Below are positions 12,884 to 24,563 of a stretch of DNA of 64,000 nucleotides, piece by piece (position 1 is the first letter of the stretch; each line of letters opens with the position of its first letter). The position numbers and the translations under genes were made by a program. Source of the stretch: Psammoneis japonica (lineage: Eukaryota). The notes under the pieces were generated by a model that saw only the letters and a program-made list of their open reading frames with translations, did no database searches and was not told the origin of the DNA. The DNA lies in contig QPGO01000120.1 in the NCBI GenBank assembly GCA_008632985.1, positions 62,001 to 126,000 on the forward strand. The letters run 5' to 3'.

Positions 12884-14495
12884 GAGCATCAGCCCCTGGG
12901 GCAGACACCACATGGGGGTGTGCATCTGCTCTTCTTTCCATTCTCACCACAATGACAAACAACCAAAATGTGAGTCAGGTTGGACCAGCCTCCTGCTTGT
13001 TGGACAAGCTCCAGCTCTGGGTGGGACCTTGAAATGCTCGGCTGTCACAATCTCATGCCTGGCATCAAAGCCACACAAAGAGCCACTTTGCACAGCAACA
13101 AATGCTTTTTTCAGCCATTTTCCAGTGCCATTTTCACTTTCTAAAATGTCAACTTGTGAAAAGCATCTCTCTCCCAGCTGCGCTCTTTCATGTCATTTTT
13201 TGGCAGGGCAACAACTCCAGTTGATGGCCAGAAATGATTTCACTCCCATGTTGCACATGTGTTGTTTCCTGTCAGTGGATTTGTTGGTGCTGATTGAGCA
13301 ATGGTGAGCAGTTTGAAATTTTGCAAGGATTGGGCACCACAAACTTTGATCAAGTGCAGTGTCCTCAGCAGCGCTGCACCACACCCACAATTTTCACATG
13401 GCACTGTGGGCCACAAGGGCCAAGTGGCACACAGCATGCTTGGCACTTTTCTCACTTTTAACAATCATGAGTTGCTTCAAAGATTTGAGAAAAAAGACAC
13501 AAGGCTGGAATGGCAGTCGCAGCCTTCTCACATGAGAAAATGCAAGAACAGCCAAATGCAAGCATCCAAGCACATCTGTTGTTGCTGAATCATTGAAACA
13601 AGTGGTTGAAAACAAGGAGGTCACCAACAGCTGTTTCAGAAGCAGTGGGTCTGGGCCTTTGGTGCATTTGCAAATTCAGCTTGTCGACAAAGAGACAAAA
13701 AGGCAGCAAATCAGTCAGATGATGGTGCTGGCAAATCATTGATGGCACTCAAATGCAACAATTTTGCCTGCATTTAATTCAATTGAGTTTGAACCATTGG
13801 ATGAAGGACTTGCACTCAACTGCAACAACAAAGGAGAGAAAAATGAAAGGACAGGGTGACAATGAGCGACAGCAAACCACCATGTTGCAATTTCAACAGC
13901 AGATGCCCTGGTGAAGTCAGCCAACAAGACAACAACAGGACAGCTGCCTGGCAGCAGTGCAGCACCAGGGTTGCTGAAACAAGTGAGAAGTTCTTGCCAA
14001 CAAGGTTGCTGCACAGTTCTAAGACAGTGATCGTGAAGAAGCCCTTGAAGAGAGCTGGCTTGTCATGTGGCTCTGGTGCACAAAAAATTTGATGCTGATG
14101 ACAATGACCAGTCACTTGTCCTGCTCCTTGCAGTTGATATGTTGGGTGGCATCACCACGCATGCCACATTGGCTGTGAAATGGTGGTGCCATCGATTGGA
14201 CCAAACAGCATGGCATCATTTTGGCTTTGTTTCGATTCAAGCTTTTCAGATTGGACTGGTTGGGACACAATGCGAGACTCCCTCCAAGTTCTTTCTATGT
14301 GTTTGTTTCGTAAGCATGATTGTAATGCCATTGTCCCTTTTGGTGCAACAAGTCGGGCTTACACCCACTGGCACGGATTTTTTTTCCCCCATTCTCCGAG
14401 CGTGAAGCTTCTTCTGGCCCATTTTTATCAAAGGAGCCGTTTCAACCCCTGTCCCACTGTGCACAGATAGCAAGAAACAAGAAGTCTATATTTCG

Positions 14496-15503
14496 TTAAC
14501 TCCCTAAAACAATTGCGTTCCAGATCAGACAAGCCGCTGTACTTGACATGGTGAGAAGAAAGAACTTGTTCAGTTGTCGATTCGCCACACTCGCCGAGTC
14601 ATCGTCCTTGTTGGCTTGACACAAGTATGAGAGGTCCATTTCATCATGTGAAACGGCATCCAAGATTGGATGCGTGATTGGAGCTGTTTCGAGCCCTTCC
14701 GGCGTTATCTCACAAGAATTGATCTGTCGTGACGAGAACTCAACGTTTGCACACTGGTCGCTCTCATGATGATGGCTTGTCGTGATGCGATTCTTTTCTC
14801 CAGAAACAAAAAGTTGAGTGATGGATTCGAACACACTCAACAGGTTGTGTCTCCCCGATACAAGTCCCGTTGTGATTATCCCATCAGTCACAACAAAGGC
14901 GTCCTTTCCCGCCAAGGTGATGTTGACGTTTCTCTCAGACTTGTTCCCCAAAAACAGATCGTTCGACGTCCCATAGTCTGCAAAATTCACCATGTTTACT
15001 AGCGATTTGCTCACGGAAACAACCAGGCGACTTGTGTCGGATTCAACCACAACAGTTTGGAGATTGATGAAACCGGATAGGACCTGTCCCGCGAACGAAG
15101 TGCCGGCTGCACCGTAAACGTTTCTGAGCTGATGGTATGGTACCTGAACCCGCACTCCCGCACCCAACTCGTGATGCTCAAGAGATACCGAGTTGTGACG
15201 AAATTGTAATACACCATTCTGCATATCCACATCGACCAGACCTCTTGGTGAAGAGCTAATCACTACAGATTCTTCCGCACGTACCGGTTCGATGGTCCAG
15301 TGAATCAGATTGACACTCGTCTGGTTCTCGTCGCCATCAACAAGGTGCTCAGGACAATCGAGACCAAGCTTGACGGAGTCGATTGGCTGAGTAATTTCGA
15401 GTAACAATTCAAACCCTGTAAAGTCGAGTATCTCGTTGGCTCTTGCATGGATTACTACCAGAAGTAACGCTGTGCCAAATGCGCTAGCCCTAGCTGCCCT
15501 CAT
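14496..15503 (-). CDS. Secreted or surface protein of unknown function
   Basis: Signal-like MRAARASAFGTALLLVVIHARA, beta-rich body, hydrophobic C-terminus (TM or GPI-like); normal composition. Confidence 0.7.
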   Translation of the reverse strand: MRAARASAFGTALLLVVIHARANEILDFTGFELLLEITQPIDSVKLGLDCPEHLVDGDENQTSVNLIHWTIEPVRAEESVVISSSPRGLVDVDMQNGVLQFRHNSVSLEHHELGAGVRVQVPYHQLRNVYGAAGTSFAGQVLSGFINLQTVVVESDTSRLVVSVSKSLVNMVNFADYGTSNDLFLGNKSERNVNITLAGKDAFVVTDGIITTGLVSGRHNLLSVFESITQLFVSGEKNRITTSHHHESDQCANVEFSSRQINSCEITPEGLETAPITHPILDAVSHDEMDLSYLCQANKDDDSASVANRQLNKFFLLTMSSTAACLIWNAIVLGS

Positions 15504-16137
15504 CTTGAGGTGTGTTTGAGAAGTGAGTGAGTGGTCGTGCACCTCGTGCCTCGAGCGAGAAAGCAATGGAGGGATAAGCGGACAAAACCATTGAATCGGT
15601 GTCGGGCGCCATCTTCTAATTAAAGCTCATGATAGACTCCCGCACGGGAGTTCTTTAGCGACATAACTTGTGTGTCGCGATAAGAAGAGCTCTCAAGATG
15701 GAGTCCCGGGCGGGAGTGATTCTGTGAAATGGTCCGTGCGGGAGAACTTGGTCAATCGAATGGGCGACTCACTTGACTTCAACTCATCCTCCGTTTTCCA
15801 TCATCAAGGACGGAAAAGATCACCTTAGAAAAATCAAACTCTAGAATATGGTATCTCTACCATGTGACCCACGTGTAGTCTAGCCTCGTGCTTGATACGC
15901 ATTGTACCTGTTCCTGAAAGTTAAGTATTGCATGTTTCCACTACGCAAGCAGGTCCTTGATCTTAGAAGTACTAAATGCAAATCACCGTCTGTACCCGAA
16001 TCCACAGTCTGGACATTCCCGGTCGCCGCCAAAACACATGACGACATAGTTTCAAGAACTTTATACTCTGAGACGGATTGAACGCCGATGTGTGCTCGTC
16101 CATCTGTTTTTTTTTTCGCTTTAACCCGCCATCCTCA

Positions 16138-16719
16138 TCATGAAATATCAGCTGATTCGGCACAAGTATCTTTATTGTTTCCGAGTATTTGAATAGCCTC
16201 TTGCGCATTCTTCTCAGTTAATCCTGCCTCCGGGTGGACTTTGACTACGTGACCTTGCATTCTATCAATCACAGTCGAGTCCTCAACCTTTGACAAGTTT
16301 AAATCATCCAAGACAACCCATGGCTGGTCTTTTGTACAGTGCTCTTGAAGCCACGCCAGAATTTCTTGACATCGCTGCAATTCCACAGCTTCTTGAATGG
16401 CACAATAACGCCCGTCTTGTCGCAACTTTCGGACGGGTTCCACAGTTGGAGTGGAACCAACAATGCTCTCTTTGCAAAGTCCAACCTTTGCGAGTTCGCT
16501 TACAAGAACATTGAAGTATTTTCCATCCAATCTCCATGTCGAGGATACAACTATACCACATTTTGTTTCTTCGACAATCGAGGCGAGCCGTTTCATCAGT
16601 TTGGGATGAACCGTGGCACCGCCGGCCATGAGGGACGTGTTGAGAACGCCATCCACGTCAAGAAACAGAAACGAGCTGGACTTTGCCGCAGCTTTTGTCG
16701 CATCCCCTGGTTTCAACAT
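16138..16719 (-). CDS. HAD-superfamily protein, Swiss-Army-Knife RNA-repair (HAD_SAK_2)-like
   Basis: Motifs FLDVDGVLN, IVVSSTWR, WVVLDD. Confidence 0.85.
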   Translation of the reverse strand: MLKPGDATKAAAKSSSFLFLDVDGVLNTSLMAGGATVHPKLMKRLASIVEETKCGIVVSSTWRLDGKYFNVLVSELAKVGLCKESIVGSTPTVEPVRKLRQDGRYCAIQEAVELQRCQEILAWLQEHCTKDQPWVVLDDLNLSKVEDSTVIDRMQGHVVKVHPEAGLTEKNAQEAIQILGNNKDTCAESADIS

Positions 16720-17094
16720 GACGACTACGTTTACTTTCTAGTTGAAGGATGCGAGTAAGTGTTCTGGATGATGACACCCGAAAGTTTGAGCCATGGCGTT
16801 TCGTTACGTTTCGTGCCGTGTGAGGAATCGTCGTTCCGTGCGTGTTCCGTCAAGATTTTTCGGCGCAAGACGCGACGTCCTCCTCGCTATTTCGACGTCG
16901 GACAGACGTTGGAGGGAAGTTTTCGCGCGCACGGATATCAAGAGATGCGCGAAAATCAAGAACACGTACCTCTGTACGTGTTGTTGAAGGTGTATCCAAC
17001 GAGCCAAAAACAGCAGATTCAAGTTCGTCGGGCGAGAATGGCCGCGGCAGATATCCCACACCCTCAACTCCTTTACTTGTAATAGACCATCACC

Positions 17095-17682
17095 ATGAAG
17101 ACTGTCCTTTTCGCTTCTCTCGTTGCGGGTGCCGCTGCATTCGTCCCTGCTTCCAAGACTTCGTCTAGTGTTGCCTTGAACAATGCCTTGTCTAACGAGC
17201 TTGGAGCTACCGCTCCTTTGGGTTTCTTTGACCCCCTTGGCCTTTGCAAGAACGAAAATAAGGAAGATTTCGACAAATTGCGAGACGTCGAGCTTCGCCA
17301 TGGACGTTGCGCCATGCTTGCCGTCGTTGGATGGTTGACCACTGCTTCTGGTGCTCGTTTGCCGGGCATGGAAGATGTCGGATTCGGATTCAAGGCTCTG
17401 GACATGTCCGGCCTTCCCATGGAGGTTCGTGGAACGATTCCCTTTACTCTGGGATGCATCTTCTTCTTGACTGCTTTCATGCAAGACTCCAGTGGAGAGT
17501 TCGTAGGCGACTGCCGCAATGGATTCATTGATTTCGGATGGGACAAGCAAACCGATGAATGGAAGAACCGCAAGCGTGCCATCGAATTGAACAATGGCCG
17601 TGCCGCACAAATGGGTATCTTGGGAATCATGGTCCACGAACAACTCGGAAATTTGGCCGATCTTGGTCTTCCCCAACCTTAA
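17095..17682 (+). CDS. Lhcf: Fucoxanthin-chlorophyll a/c binding protein (Lhcf-type), plastid targeted
   Basis: AAA|FVP presequence; GFFDPLG, ELRHGRCAMLA, DFGWD and ELNNGRAAQMG motifs. Confidence 0.95.
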   Translation: MKTVLFASLVAGAAAFVPASKTSSSVALNNALSNELGATAPLGFFDPLGLCKNENKEDFDKLRDVELRHGRCAMLAVVGWLTTASGARLPGMEDVGFGFKALDMSGLPMEVRGTIPFTLGCIFFLTAFMQDSSGEFVGDCRNGFIDFGWDKQTDEWKNRKRAIELNNGRAAQMGILGIMVHEQLGNLADLGLPQP

Positions 17683-17889
17683 ATTCGCCGCAGCTCTCTT
17701 ATGTGATTATACCATGCTAAGATTGCAGCTGTAACCGCTTTTTATTTTTATTTTAGAACACCCGTTGTCCTTCTAATTATCTGTCCTTTTCTTTTATCCT
17801 GATGCGCATTTCATTCGAAAGCAGAGTGTAACAAGCTATAGGCATCCGGCAACAGGCGCTAGAGAACACACGTACATTGCGCTGTCGAC

Positions 17890-18700
17890 CTTGCTGCCAT
17901 CCTAGTCGGGCACACCAAACAGTTTTTCTGCAAGCAGTCCAGTTTCTTGACTCTCTAGAACTCGAGAGAAGGAGACGAAAAAGCCAGAGGTTTTTTGCAC
18001 TCTTTCAAAATGCTTAAACAAGAGCACTTTTTTATCATGGGCCTGCAGTGCTGAAAGAAGCAAGAAGAAGACAGCGCATGCCAAGGCACGCCAGCAAGTG
18101 CTGAATTCGAGAAAGGAAGGCAGATCAGCAGCAAGCATGCACCACTCTCCACACTTTGCAGATGATGTGCTGAAGAAGACGGCATCAATGTTCCAAAATT
18201 GTGGGTTGCTGCCACAGCATTGGATCCTGAAAGGTTGTCAACAGCAGGCAAGTGCGGGCTTCTGGAGCTGGGCTGCCATTGAGCACACAGCTCCTGCCCC
18301 CTTGCTTGATTTCATGCTGGCTGGACAGTGCCCCACATGTGTGCACACACATGCACACTGGCATTTTTTCTGGCAGGATTTGGCTGATTGGCAGCTCACC
18401 AGGCTTCTTTTTGCAAGAACGACAGTGCTTTCCTTTGGCGCGACTCTGTTTCCTGCTCCTTTGGTGTGTGTTTCAAGAATGCTGCTGGACCCATCTGACA
18501 ACCACTCTCACATGATGTGCAGTGCTGCTGCAGAGCTCACTTGCAGCTCTTTTAACCATTTTCTCCACTGTGTGCCCCACCACACACAAACATGATCCCA
18601 CCCTTGCCATACAGTGGCTTGGATGATGCGAGGTGTCATGCACTCTCTCTCATGTTGCGAACACAAAGCTGATTACCTGTTGTCTCTTTTGTACAAAAGA
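17890..18700. repeat. Small TpA-depleted repeat relic between Lhcf and amine oxidase
   Basis: Abrupt loss of TA and CG and gain of TG/CA relative to both flanking genes; no termini recognised. Confidence 0.55.
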
Positions 18701-18860
18701 TCTTTCACGTAGAATTCTACAGGGCGTGTACCAGCCAGCAAAATTTCCAAAAATCTGGCAGATCTTCGGCGCAAGCAAGATCTTCTCACATTTTGGACGG
18801 CGTTTTTGGTTTTCTGTTGTTGCTTCTCTATGCAACCCATCCCTTCGGTACCGTACGACG

Positions 18861-20945
18861 ATGACGGTGACCAATCCACTGGATCCTCTTACGGCCGAGG
18901 AGATTGAGCTTGCGTCGAGTGCCGTCAAAGCTCGATTTTCTGATGTTTCAAATCTTCGTTTCGTCGCCGTCACATTGGCGGAACCGAGCAAGAGAACTGA
19001 ACTTCCAGAACGAGCGGCCGAAGTGGTTGTGCTCAATCCAAACACCGGCATTGTGACAGAGATGCTGGTGAAGCTGGACGGGTCGGATGCAAGTATTGAA
19101 AAAACAAATGAATTGCCACCTGGTGTGCAACCACTCTTCTCGCCGGAGGATTGCGATCTGGCGGAACACATTTCGAAGAATTCAGCAGAAGTGAAGAAGG
19201 CTTTGGAAGAACGATACGGCATTACTGACATGAGCAAGATTGCAGCGGATCCGTGGAGTGTTCATCTTGCTGATGATAGTGATAAAGCTATGACTACGTC
19301 CGATGATCCTTCCCATCCACCTCGCCGACTAGTACAAACCTTCTTGTACCAGCGTGTGCAAGGGAAGGGTCTAGAAGACAACCACTACGCCCATCCAATC
19401 GACATTCTTCCAGTGGTGGACCTCAACACACAGACCGTTGTTCGTATTGATGGGCTCGATAGGGCGCCTCCTCCTGTCATTCCTCAGCTTGGCGTGAACT
19501 ATCATCGCGATCTTATCAAGACAAACTCTTATCTCCAGACGATCTTTCGTGAAGATTGCCTCAAGGCTCTTGATATCACGCAGCCCGATGGTCCCTCCTT
19601 TAGCGTATCCGAAAATAATCTTGTGCATTGGCAGAACTGGTCCTTCAGGGTCGGTTTCAACTATCGTGAAGGACTTGTCTTGCATGACGTGCGATTCCAA
19701 GACCGTCAAGTCATGAACCGAGGTAGCTTGGTGGAAATGGCAGTGCCGTATGGTGATCCAAACCCTCCGTTCCAGCGTAAATGTGCCTTTGATGTTGGGG
19801 ATTATGGACTAGGAAACTGTGCAAATTCCCTCGAGCTTGGGTGCGACTGTCTTGGTCACATTCATTACTTTGACGCCCATCTTGTTACAAGCGATGGAGA
19901 GCCCAAGTTGGTGAAGAAGGCGGTGTGTATGCACGAAGAAGACGACGGAATTCTCTGGAAGCACGTTGAGTATCGCAACGGACATAACGAGTCTCGCAGA
20001 GCCAGAGAACTTGTGATAAGCTCGATTGCTACTGTTGTGAACTATGAGTACTTGTTCTATTGGCGACTCAAGCTCGACGGCACGATTGACTTCGAGATAC
20101 GCCTGTCTGGTGAACTGTCCACAAATCTAGTCTCGGCAGGTGAAAACCCGAAGAAGCCAGGTCATGGCACGCTTGTTGCTCCGGGAGTGAACGCTCAGGT
20201 CCACCAACACATGTTTTGTGCTCGGTTGGATATGGCGGTGGACGGAAAATTAAACACAGTTTCTGAGGTAGACGTGGTAGCCGAGCCGGTGTCGGATGCA
20301 AATCCCTATGGGAATGTCTTTGGCCCAAAAGAGACCGTCTTTGTTACGGAGCATGATGCCATTCGAAGGTGTGATGCGACAAAAGCTCGAACGTGGAAGA
20401 TTTCGAATGCGGAAGGGAAGACAAACCCGATCTCAGGTAGTCCAGTTGCATATAAGCTCATCCCATTCACGCGCGGCCCCGCTCAGCCAACGCTCCTGAC
20501 GGATCCAAAGGCATGTGCTGTTTCTCACAAGGGTGCCTTTGCGACCGCAAATTTGTGGGTAACACCGTACGCCCAAGCGAGCGATACCCCGCTGGCGAAC
20601 ATACCCCGCAAGCGAAGGAACCTGATGGTTTGCCTAAATGGACTACTGAAAACCGCAACATCAAAGGTGAAGACGTTGTTCTTTGGCACGCATTTGGAGT
20701 TTGTCATGTTTCTCGTGTCGAAGATTTCCCAGTTATGCCTTGTGAACGTACGGGTGAGTAGCAACGGATTTCATGATGATTGCGATTTCTTTCTATTCGA
20801 AAACGAACCTCAATGGTTGCGACCTTTTCATCGCACAGGCTTCACCCTAAAACCAGAAAATTTCAGCAGCGGGAATCCCACGATCGACTTGGCGCCTGAA
20901 GTGAACGCCAAGAGCAAATTGAATGGGGGTTGTTGCTCGCCATAG
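18861..20945 (+). CDS. Copper-containing (TPQ) amine oxidase
   Basis: N-terminal NPLDPLT, AFDVGDYGLG (catalytic Asp), VVNYEY (TPQ consensus), HQH copper ligands. One apparent 1-bp frameshift near 20570 restores ERYPAGE..VLWHAFGVCH..EDFPVMP; GT-AG intron 20754-20838. Confidence 0.93.
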   Translation: MTVTNPLDPLTAEEIELASSAVKARFSDVSNLRFVAVTLAEPSKRTELPERAAEVVVLNPNTGIVTEMLVKLDGSDASIEKTNELPPGVQPLFSPEDCDLAEHISKNSAEVKKALEERYGITDMSKIAADPWSVHLADDSDKAMTTSDDPSHPPRRLVQTFLYQRVQGKGLEDNHYAHPIDILPVVDLNTQTVVRIDGLDRAPPPVIPQLGVNYHRDLIKTNSYLQTIFREDCLKALDITQPDGPSFSVSENNLVHWQNWSFRVGFNYREGLVLHDVRFQDRQVMNRGSLVEMAVPYGDPNPPFQRKCAFDVGDYGLGNCANSLELGCDCLGHIHYFDAHLVTSDGEPKLVKKAVCMHEEDDGILWKHVEYRNGHNESRRARELVISSIATVVNYEYLFYWRLKLDGTIDFEIRLSGELSTNLVSAGENPKKPGHGTLVAPGVNAQVHQHMFCARLDMAVDGKLNTVSEVDVVAEPVSDANPYGNVFGPKETVFVTEHDAIRRCDATKARTWKISNAEGKTNPISGSPVAYKLIPFTRGPAQPTLLTDPKACAVSHKGAFATANLWVTPYAQASDTPLANIPRKRRNLMVCLNGLLKTATSKVKTLFFGTHLEFVMFLVSKISQLCLVNVRVSSNGFHDDCDFFLFENEPQWLRPFHRTGFTLKPENFSSGNPTIDLAPEVNAKSKLNGGCCSP

Positions 20946-21049
20946 TGTGTGGAAGCGTTATAATTGGATCAACTCTAGCGCTTTTTTTTATCATGTATAA
21001 AGGAAGTTACTTTTCTTAGATGTAAAATGTTGTTAGGAGCTCAAGATAC

Positions 21050-22160
21050 AATCCAAAGGCAATGCTGCACCAAAAATTGCGAAAAAACAAAATTTGCATC
21101 GCAATTTTGACACTGCCTGGTCCACAGTTTTGGCGGGTGAAACCCACCTTGCAAACAGCAATTGCCCTTGCAAGTTGAAAGCGAGGTTGGACCAGAGACC
21201 AAGTGATCGTTGACACAAGAAAAGAGCAATCAGGCCAATCCTCCCAACCAATTGTGTGGAACTGGCTGCTGTCAGTCTTGATGCCAGAGCCACAATTCAA
21301 TGGCAAAGGCTGTGCGAGGGGGTGTGAGCTGCGTGGTCAGTTTTCACACAAAATGGTGTGGGGTTCAGTCAGCCCACTGTGTTGGCCAGTCAACCAGCCC
21401 CATTTTTGCCAAGTGCCTTTTCTGTGGTGGAACACACAGTGTGCAGAGTGCACAACAACCACTGCTCACTCCACTTTCACATTTCTTTTGCACAGTGTGT
21501 CCCTTGTGAGAGCTGGCTCTTGCTTGGTTGTGTGCTCACCTCTGCCATGGCCAACTGTGGTGTGAACTTGCCAATTTGGTGCACTTGCACTGTTGATGAT
21601 GAAGGTTTCAACACTTTGGAGGAAAAACATTTTGAGATGGGTGTGCTGTCAGCCCACGCGGAGTGAAGTGCTGCCCAGTTGCTGCTCAACTCGCGCAAGC
21701 ACATGCAGAGGGTGGCACCATGTGAGTTTTGGTGCTGCTCAGCCAGACAAAAAAGTTTCCAGATTTTGACAGCAGGCTGGATAACCTTTGGCAGTGGAAG
21801 ATGTTGTCATCAGCACCTCTGGCACCTTTCTGTTTGTGAAAAGGGGAGAGGGAGACTTTTGAAGCTCTGTGGTCAACAGCTTGATCGCTGCTTTCAATCC
21901 TCATGGCTGTGACATGCATGAAAACACTTTCCCAACTTGTTGTTGCAGAAACTGGGAGTGATGAAGGTGCCATTGCACTGCATTGTGTGTGTGTGTGTGT
22001 GTGCAGGCCGCTCTGGTGAGGCGTTGACCAGGAGCAATGAGGACGAGGCCAAACACCTTGTGTGCCCGTTGTTGGCTGGAGAGAGGTTGGTTGTTCCTCA
22101 AGAACAAGTGTTCTCTGTGACACTCAGATTTGGTCATGATTCTTGTTTTGCAATCATTGT
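21050..22160. repeat. TpA/CpG-depleted repeat relic containing a (TG)n tract
   Basis: Composition shift as in the other repeat domains; (TG)n at about 21984-22003. Confidence 0.55.
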
Positions 22161-22423
22161 GAGATAGATTGATTGTTCTTTACTTTGTTGTAGGCTGTGC
22201 GTTCGTCTTGCGGGGTTAAGGTCGAATTCACAGGGTCTTTGCTTGAGTTCACCCGGCCCATAACCTCCATCCTCGCACCGCGCAATGAACTCCGGATTCT
22301 GGATTCCTATCGCGATTCTATTTCTTCGCTCCTCAACAAATCACAAAAAGAAAACACGATGACCATGGCAAGAAACGGGGCAAAAACAAGCAAAGACAGT
22401 GCAAAGAACGTCATGAGAACACC

Positions 22424-24529
22424 ATGAAACAGTCGAAAGATAACAACGAAGCTCAGTCTGGAGAGAATTCTTTTCAAAACAAGCTTGGATTGAACATTTC
22501 TGTGGAGGGAAACGCGTCTGTTCCACAAACATTGGATGAAGAGAGCAAAGCCGTCATGCAGAGGGTATGGAAGTACATTACAGAGAAGAAGCAAAAGAAA
22601 AAACACACCAACAAAAAGTGGGAGCCAACAAAAATTCAACAGCAAGCTTGGCCTATTCTTTGGGACTCAAAGGTTGGTCTCAATTTGATTGGTATTGCAC
22701 CCACCGGTAGCGGCAAAACGTTAACATATGGGGTACCAATGGCGTCTCGTGCCCACCAATGCCAAGCTGTTGGTGTGTATGGCTTGGTATTGGTACCCAC
22801 AAGGGAGCTAGCACTACAAGTATCTCGGGAATTAAGCATCGCTTGCAAGGCTTTTCGGAAGAAATGTGCAGCTCAAACGCAACGCAACGTGCGAGTCGTT
22901 TCAATTTACGGCGGAGTCAGCAAAGAGGAACAGATGTCTTCGTTATTGGAAGAGCGTGATGCTGAACAAAAAAGTGCGTTACTCGTAGCTAGCACCCCCG
23001 GAAGGCTTATGGATCTTTTAGAACCGGCAAAACTGGAAGACGTTTCTGAAAACGACACAGCCGCTGGGAATGCACCACACCATGCCGTCGCCTCGCTATT
23101 TTCAAACGTCCAGTTCATTGTGATGGACGAAGCAGACCGAATGGCAATCAATACTGATATTTCTCTACAAGTGGATGCTATTCTCGAGAACATCGTGCCT
23201 ACAATGACACACGACAATGAAACGCCAAGACGAACCGTCTGTTTGTTTTCTGCGACATTTCCAGAGAATGTGATTGAGAAATGGAACAAGTGGGTTGGAC
23301 TGCCGCGGGTTTGTATCAAGGTGGAAACAATCACTGTTGGATCAAATCGAGCAAACGTGGAAGAAGCTAACGGTAGAGTCGAAATTGAACAAAGTAGACA
23401 AGCTACTGTTGGCTCTGAACAAACTGAAAAAGACAATGAAAAGGAGCCAAAGGACACAAGTGGATCGGGGAATGAATCGCACGATGACTCTGACTCCGGA
23501 CATCAAAAAAAGCGAAAGGCAGTTAGCTTGGCAAAGATTCCCAGCCATATCACACAAACGCTTCACGTTTGTGCCGGGCATAAGAAACCTCGAAAGTTGC
23601 TGACAACGCTAAAGCAAATACGAACACGAGAATCCAAGGAGGGGAGAAAACGGCAACCTGGATTGTGTATCGTCTTTTTTGCTCGTATCAAGACACTCCT
23701 TTATGTAAGCAAGTTTCTCACACAAGAAGGTACGTGTAGCACATGTCATTCTGTCTCGATCGACTCTGCCGTATGGACGAGTTCACCCAAGCTGTACTTT
23801 TTTTCGCGCTTTTGGACTCTGCTACTGTTAGGCTACAGAACGGCTGAAATTCACAGTCAACGTAATCAGAATCTTCGTGAAAAGGCACTAACTGACTTTA
23901 GAGCAGGAAAGGTAACAATTCTTCTTGCCAGCGACATTGCGGCGCGTGGCATACATGTCAACAATGTCGAGTATGTGATCAACTATGATTTTCCTGGAAC
24001 GTTGGAGCAGGTAAGTTTGCTTTTGTTCGGTGTTTGCGTTACGTCGCTGTGTGACTTGGTCCCCTAAGCTCATCACCTCATTCTCTTCGTCTACTAGTAT
24101 GTCCACCGCTGCGGCCGAGCGGGTCGCAACCAAGTGTCAAGCCTTGAAGGCGATGCTGCGCATCCCTCATCGTCGGCTACTGTTTACAGCTTTTTCACTC
24201 GAGAGCTTAAACCCATGGCCAAGGACGTTTTGTCGCTTTTGAAAGCGTCTGATGCGTGGATAGACCCGAATCTTGTAGAGCTGGCTGGTGAAGCACCAAA
24301 CGACGATTCCCCGCCCAAGAGAAAAAGAAGACGCAAGTCCAACGCAACCAAATCAACAGGAATGAACTCAAACAATTCTGCGAAGGAGAAGAATGAAACG
24401 AATGCAAATGCAATTGACGATGATGACTGGGATGATGGTCAGTTCGCTTCGCTCGCTCCCAATCGCATCGTGTTGAAGAGGGCAAGCCACGTTAGTGATG
24501 CTTCCGACTCCGATAGCTCTGATGAGTAG
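22424..24529 (+). CDS. DEAD-box RNA helicase
   Basis: Q motif, APTGSGKT, PTRELA, TPGRL, DEAD, SAT, ARG, YVHRCGRAGR; introns 23730-23831 and 24011-24097; start codon uncertain. Confidence 0.93.
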
Positions 24530-24563
24530 AGTGTCGTGGAAATATTACAGCCACGATTTTTTT

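Larger units (their letters stand above)
2130..14460. repeat. TpA- and CpG-depleted degenerate repeat/TE domain
   Basis: TA and CG are very rare and TG/CA are very common; ORFs are Cys/His/Gln-rich and nearly Tyr-free; contains a nested LTR element. Boundaries are approximate. Confidence 0.8.

Noticed and set aside
2130..14460. Dozens of overlapping 60-380 aa Cys/His/Gln-rich ORFs
   Set aside because: By-product of TAA/TAG loss in TpA-depleted DNA; no family motifs and no strand consistency.
16804..17676. 290-aa minus-strand ORF; likewise 51339-52352 (+) and 18650-19237 (-)
   Set aside because: Antisense shadows of well-supported genes.
18633..18860. N-terminal extension of the amine oxidase ORF
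   Set aside because: Starts at GTG inside the eroded island; family similarity begins at ATG 18861.
20560..20580. Programmed frameshifting in the amine oxidase (and in paralog 2 or the YR gene)
   Set aside because: Scattered single-base losses, the oxidase one in a short C run, are more simply assembly indels or decay; reads are needed to decide.
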